NCBI GenBank assembly: GCA_026986575.1
Contig: JALSOH010000006.1
Span: 416,001 to 480,000, forward strand
Source: Thermoproteota archaeon
GTDB taxonomy: Archaea > Korarchaeota > Korarchaeia > Korarchaeales > Korarchaeaceae
Reading direction: 5' to 3'
DNA length: 64,000 nt
The first letter of the stretch is position 1. Each line of letters opens with the position of its first letter. The notes beneath the pieces were generated by a model, which was not told the origin of the DNA, made no database searches, and was given only the letters and a program-made list of their open reading frames with translations. Shown in pieces: positions 59,504 through 64,000 of the stretch. Position numbers and translations under genes: made by a program.

Positions 59504-60448
59504 TCAGCCGGAGATCCTCTTGAGCTCCTCCAGCTTCATCAGCCTCTCCTTCAGCCTCGGGTGAGTGGAGAACAGGGACATTATCCTCTCGAAGAAGCTC
59601 TCCTCCCTCCCCATGATCGATCTGAGGTCCTCGTCGAGCTCCCTCTGCGTGGGATCAGTTATCATGAGTGCTTTAGCGCTGGCTAGCTGGGCACCCAGCT
59701 TAGGATCGGTGTTCTTGGCTATCTTCACTAGAGCGCGCTGGAGTTTCTCTGCGCCCCTCTTGACGGTAAGCGCCGAGTGGGCGTCTGCGTAGAACTCCCT
59801 CAGCCTGCTGAGCCTCAGGGCCAGGAGGTACAGGAGCCACCCGATCACGGTGAGCGCCACCCCTAGGAGGTAGAGGGATCCGACATTGTCCCTGTCCCTC
59901 GAACCCCCGTACCCGAACATCGATCCCCAGATGAACCATCTGCCTATCTGCAGGAATATCGCAGGGAGGGCGGTAGCGATCATCATCACATGCATGTCTC
60001 CGTGCTTTATGTGTCCTATCTCGTGGCCCAGTACCGCCTCTACCTCCTCCTCGTCCAGTATGTTGAGGAGCCCCTCAGTGACGGCCACGCCGTAACCGAA
60101 GACCGGACTCCCGAAGGCGAAGGCGTTAGGTACCTCGGTGGGCGCGATAAATACCTGAGGCATCCTTTTTAGACCGCTCTCCACTGCAAGCATCTCCACT
60201 ATGGAGTATAGCCATGGCATCTCCTCTCTTCTCACAGGTTTGAGCCTGTACATAGTCCTTATTAGGTAAGGGGATATGAGCCACATGAAGAAGTTGAACA
60301 GCAATGCTAGCACTACTCCTCCGACCAGACCGACACTAGGACCAAGTAAGTAGATGAAAACGAACCCTGAGACCGCTATTATGAGCGAAAGGGTCAGCAC
60401 CATATCTACTCTGAGTCCTAGAAGGGTCATACTCCTCCTTGCACTCAT
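59504..60448 (-). CDS. htpX: Zinc metalloprotease HtpX
   Basis: PNAFAFG, VAVTEGL, HEIGH, SRLREFYAD, FSTHP..ER. Confidence 0.95.
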   Translation of the reverse strand: MSARRSMTLLGLRVDMVLTLSLIIAVSGFVFIYLLGPSVGLVGGVVLALLFNFFMWLISPYLIRTMYRLKPVRREEMPWLYSIVEMLAVESGLKRMPQVFIAPTEVPNAFAFGSPVFGYGVAVTEGLLNILDEEEVEAVLGHEIGHIKHGDMHVMMIATALPAIFLQIGRWFIWGSMFGYGGSRDRDNVGSLYLLGVALTVIGWLLYLLALRLSRLREFYADAHSALTVKRGAEKLQRALVKIAKNTDPKLGAQLASAKALMITDPTQRELDEDLRSIMGREESFFERIMSLFSTHPRLKERLMKLEELKRISG

Positions 60449-60721
60449 ATATTTCCCCTCAGATTGGAGGATAACTGGCTTAATAAGTCTGCACGAGCCG
60501 GACTGCGCAGCTGTTTAGCGTTAGAGATCTCGCGAGGAGGCCTCCTTTCCTAACGATTCACTTCCTTTTTTCGGAGTATCTTGATAATAAAGAATAAATA
60601 CGTAAATTATCAAAAGTATTATTATGATAATTAAGGGATCGAACGTCGCATATTATGGGTCTTACGATCTCCCTAAATAAATTTTTAATATAGCAAATAT
60701 CTAAGGATCCGGGTGATATGA

Positions 60722-61402
60722 ATGCAGGTGCTTCAGGTTTACCTCGCTGAGCTGATCAGGTACATTGTCGAGATGACTCCCAAGCTGCTAGGCGCTATAG
60801 TGATCCTAGTGATAGGGTGGGCCGCTGGCAGGGCCTTCGGGAAGGCGGTCAGCTACGTCCTCGACAAGATAGGCGTTGACGATGCCATAAGGTCCACCTC
60901 GGTGGGTAAGGCCATCGAGGAGAAGACCCACGTTAGCATCGCTACGATCTTCGACATCATCGCTAGGTGGTTCGTCTACCTACTGGCCATAGCTGCAGCT
61001 TCCGACACCCTAGGTATAAGAGCGCTCACCGAGATAGTGGCTTGGATACAGGGCTACCTGCCTCACTTGGCCGCGGGCATTGCCATAATAATAGTGGGCC
61101 TCGTGGCGGGTGACTTCCTCGGGGATCTCATCATAGATGTGAGCAAGAAGCAGGGGGTGGAGTGGGCCGAGATAATAGGGAACCTCTTCAAGTTCATGAT
61201 ATACTTCGTGGTGCTGCTCATAGGCCTAAGGCAGATGATGATAGATGTGACCCTGCTGGAGGAGATAGTCAGGTACTTGGTGCTCGGCGCGGCGATAGGT
61301 TCAGCGGTCGGCATCGGCGTCGCTGTGGGCTGGGGTCTCAAGGACGTCGTGAAGAAGTATGCGGAGGAGAAGTACGAGGAGTACCAGAAGAAGGAGAAGT
61401 GA
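60722..61402 (+). CDS. MscS-associated TM-helix repeat protein
   Basis: PKLLGAIVIL..GW and YLPHLAAG..I repeats; GVAVGWGLKD. Confidence 0.75.
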   Translation: MQVLQVYLAELIRYIVEMTPKLLGAIVILVIGWAAGRAFGKAVSYVLDKIGVDDAIRSTSVGKAIEEKTHVSIATIFDIIARWFVYLLAIAAASDTLGIRALTEIVAWIQGYLPHLAAGIAIIIVGLVAGDFLGDLIIDVSKKQGVEWAEIIGNLFKFMIYFVVLLIGLRQMMIDVTLLEEIVRYLVLGAAIGSAVGIGVAVGWGLKDVVKKYAEEKYEEYQKKEK

Positions 61403-61429
61403 GGGACTCTATCCCCACTCTTTATTTGA

Positions 61430-61714
61430 TCACCTCATTATCCTGAAGTCGTCGAATTCTCCCCTGTAATCCTCCCACCGCACCTCCACCCTCCGCACCC
61501 TCGCAAGGGGCGGACCTTGATGGGCCCACTCAACTATCCTCTCCACTTTTTCCCTCTCTCCCTCGACAACAGCCTCGACGCTCCCATCTGGTAAGTTCCT
61601 CACCCATCCCTTTACTCCAAGCTCCCTCGCAACATCCCTCATGGTCGATCTGAAGAAGACCCCCTGAACCCTCCCATATATACGGAGGTGCGCTCTAGCC
61701 ATCTGGCTGGGCAT
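61430..61714 (-). CDS. acyP: Acylphosphatase
   Basis: [28 protein letters not shown]. Confidence 0.95.
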   Translation of the reverse strand: MPSQMARAHLRIYGRVQGVFFRSTMRDVARELGVKGWVRNLPDGSVEAVVEGEREKVERIVEWAHQGPPLARVRRVEVRWEDYRGEFDDFRIMR

Positions 61715-61735
61715 CGAGGGTCTAGGTGGTAATTT

Positions 61736-62101
61736 CTAAAATTCGTTGCCCTCGTAGAACCCAACAATCTTATCAATCAGGGCCTTCAATCCTCTCAGTT
61801 CGGCCATCCCAGCGGCTAAAAATTGCTCTCCAGCTGGAGTCAGCCTGTAAATCTTCTTTCCCCTGGGATCAGAGGGCATGGGTGTGGAGATAACAAGGCC
61901 TGATGCTTCCAGCCTCCCCAAAGTAACGTAAATGAATCCAGGAGGCATGGGAATGCCTGTTATCTCCTCTATCTTCCTCTTCATCTCGTATCCGTGATGG
62001 TAACCCCTGCGTATCATGAGAAGCACCAGCAGGGGGTAGAGCCCTGATATTCCAAGGCCCGGGCCCCCTGCACCTAGGCCCCTTCTCCACCTCTTTCTCA
62101 T
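61736..62101 (-). CDS. PadR-family transcriptional regulator
   Basis: HGYEM, G.IY..L.RLE..GL, KK.YRLTPAG. Confidence 0.9.
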   Translation of the reverse strand: MRKRWRRGLGAGGPGLGISGLYPLLVLLMIRRGYHHGYEMKRKIEEITGIPMPPGFIYVTLGRLEASGLVISTPMPSDPRGKKIYRLTPAGEQFLAAGMAELRGLKALIDKIVGFYEGNEF

Positions 62102-62168
62102 CTCCTCTCAGGGCTCCTAGAAGGTTACATTTTTATAGGTTACTATGTTATCTATGGTGGTGATATAT

Positions 62169-62612
62169 ATGGCGTGGTGGTACGGCTACGGCTGGTGGGG
62201 CCCTGGCTGGGGCTGGAGGAGAGGCTGGGGCAGAGGATGGGGATGGAGGAGAGGAGGCTTCGGATGGGGAGGCTGGGGATGGGGTAGAGGATGGGCTTGG
62301 TGGGTGGCTCCGCAGGTCATCTCCGCTGCGGCCTCTAGGGGATACACTTACATCGGACCCTGCAGGAGCGGCATTGGACCATGGGCATTCTACCTCTCAC
62401 CCAGCGGTCAGGTGGTCCACGCTTGGCAGATCTTCGGATCCGGGATACCGTTCCCAGCTTGGCCATGGACCTATCCGGCCACTACGACACAGCAATCCGT
62501 CACCGCTCCCGTTAGTGAGAAGGAGCAGCTGGAGAGGGAGAGGGAGTACCTGAGGCGGGAGCTACAAGAGATAGAGAGAAGGCTCAAGGAACTGGAAGGT
62601 GGTGAACAGTGA
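62169..62612 (+). CDS. Gly/Trp/Arg-rich DUF5320-like protein
   Basis: GWGWRRGWGRG low-complexity region, YIGPCRSG.GP, C-terminal coiled coil. Confidence 0.7.
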   Translation: MAWWYGYGWWGPGWGWRRGWGRGWGWRRGGFGWGGWGWGRGWAWWVAPQVISAAASRGYTYIGPCRSGIGPWAFYLSPSGQVVHAWQIFGSGIPFPAWPWTYPATTTQQSVTAPVSEKEQLEREREYLRRELQEIERRLKELEGGEQ

Positions 62613-63070
62613 GAATAGCCGTTCCGGTGGACACCTCTGAGGGGCTGAGGTCTAGAGTCTCCTTCCTCTTCGGGAGGGCCCCCTACATAGCCATAGTGGA
62701 GAAGACTGAGGAGGGAGTGAAGGAGGTAAGTGTCGAGAGCAATCCCTACGCTCAGCTCCCTGGAGGCGCCGGACCAGCACTAGCTAACCTCCTGCGGGAA
62801 AGAGGAGTCAGCATCGTGCTGGCCAGTGATGTGGGACCCAATGCGGCCGCTACCCTGGCCAGTGCTGGGATCAGCTGGATACCGGTCCCGGCAGGAGTTA
62901 CCGTTGAGGAGGCCTTGGGATTCTTGACCTCTCAACCACAGATCTCCCCACCAGCACCACCTGCGTATCCCTTTTCAAGCAAAGAAGAGGAGATCAGGTG
63001 GCTGAAGGAGAGAAAGAAGTGGATAGAAAAGAGGCTAAGGGAGATAGAGGAGGCACTCAGCAGATCCTGA
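62609..63070 (+). CDS. NifB/NifX-family protein with DUF5320-like tail
   Basis: RIAVP, FGRAPY, NP...GGAG, GPNA; tail EEEIRWLKERK..IEKRL. Confidence 0.85.
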   Translation: MRIAVPVDTSEGLRSRVSFLFGRAPYIAIVEKTEEGVKEVSVESNPYAQLPGGAGPALANLLRERGVSIVLASDVGPNAAATLASAGISWIPVPAGVTVEEALGFLTSQPQISPPAPPAYPFSSKEEEIRWLKERKKWIEKRLREIEEALSRS

Positions 63071-63098
63071 TCTCAACTCCTCCTTTTTCGATAGCCTC

Positions 63099-63857
63099 TC
63101 AGCTTAAACCCTCACCCTCTTCCTTCTTACTCGTAATACCACTCTTAAGAGCCTCTAGGCTGTTCTTACTGTACGTATAGATTAGTACAGTGGCCACTAT
63201 TCCCAGAATCGTTCCTACTACTCCTAAATTAGGGATCAAGTCCAAGATAACTCCAGCTATGTACAGAATCCCAGCCCATTTGAAGCCAGGGTCCAAGCCC
63301 TCCACCTCAGCGAGCCTCATGATCATTATACCGAAGAGAACGCTCCCTATGATTATTAACACGGCGGCAATTATGATCAGGCCTACTAGCGCGAAAATAG
63401 CTCCGAGTACGCCCCCTAGAGCCTGAGGTCCCATCGACGCACCAGCCCCAGCCAACGAGGCTATGAGGATCAATACACCGATGATTACCACTCCTAGGCC
63501 TGCAAGGGAAATGAGTATACCAGTCCTCCCTATGCCCAGTCTGGAGGGATCGTATTCCTTCAGGTGACCGGTGGCTTTGTAGAATTTGTAGAAGGCTAAG
63601 ATCGCTAGGACCAATACTGCAATTCCCGCAACCACTATCAGGGTCAGTGCGCCTAGGAGCGCAGCCATGCTCCTCACAGGAAACGCCTTGGGACCGGCCA
63701 TTCCAGGAGTCATGAGGCTTGGCATCATGGACATGGCTATGAGCATGACTACGAACGAGAGCGCATACGCAATGAGACTGAACAGTGCCCCGGTCTTGAG
63801 GTCAGATAATCCATTAACTAGGGACTCGTTGACAGGGTAATCGAACGACATAAACAC
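63099..63857 (-). CDS. DUF973-like membrane protein
   Basis: Multiple TM helices; GIG.TG and F..AGILYI motifs. Confidence 0.7.
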   Translation of the reverse strand: MFMSFDYPVNESLVNGLSDLKTGALFSLIAYALSFVVMLIAMSMMPSLMTPGMAGPKAFPVRSMAALLGALTLIVVAGIAVLVLAILAFYKFYKATGHLKEYDPSRLGIGRTGILISLAGLGVVIIGVLILIASLAGAGASMGPQALGGVLGAIFALVGLIIIAAVLIIIGSVLFGIMIMRLAEVEGLDPGFKWAGILYIAGVILDLIPNLGVVGTILGIVATVLIYTYSKNSLEALKSGITSKKEEGEGLS

Positions 63858-63948
63858 CCCGTTTATGGTACGGACAATGCATTTATCCGTTGCTCCCTAG
63901 GCCGGGAGACATGTTTATGGTTTTCATTCAACGGGGAACCTCGGTGAT

Positions 63949-64000
63949 ATGATGAGACTGAAGGTGGCCACCTACAACGTCAACTCCATAAGGTCCAGGT
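63949..64000 (+). CDS. xth: Exodeoxyribonuclease III / AP endonuclease, 5' fragment
   Basis: GGTGA RBS, then MMRLKVATYNVNSIRSR running off the window edge. Confidence 0.8.
   Translation, partial: MMRLKVATYNVNSIRSR

Overview
Archaeal chromosomal window, probably from a hyperthermophile. Gene content and AGG-rich codon use suggest a Korarchaeota-like lineage, which is inference. The main accessory region (about 7.4-26 kb) is a divergent type I-D-like CRISPR-Cas locus. A minus-strand effector operon encodes a short HD plus Zn-finger Cas10d-like subunit, a separately encoded 192-aa small subunit, Cas7 (Csc2-like), Cas5 and an HD-less Cas3' helicase. The locus also has cas6, cas1-cas2-cas4, and an array of 25 intact plus 1 degenerate 37-bp repeats with long spacers (36-61 nt, mean about 45). 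Five non-cas genes lie inside it. Three of them (PD-(D/E)XK nuclease, tandem winged-helix protein, AAA+ ATPase) are directly coupled to cas1-2-4. Their promoter shares a GTTTCA-N16-TGAAAC inverted repeat with the effector promoter, and this module is the best candidate for an undescribed system. Other notable items: a PolB2-type accessory gene pair without polB2, near an intein-bearing KaiC-like ATPase, an AEP primase-like gene and an HEXXH protein; a second divergent TrpRS; a frameshifted ~2,600-aa DUF11 surface protein; decaying HEPN/MNT, RelBE and VapBC modules beside a cluster of related palindromes; and housekeeping genes (trpS, nnr, thrC, taw3, lig, htpX, xth). All calls come from reading motifs by eye. 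No database searches were run.
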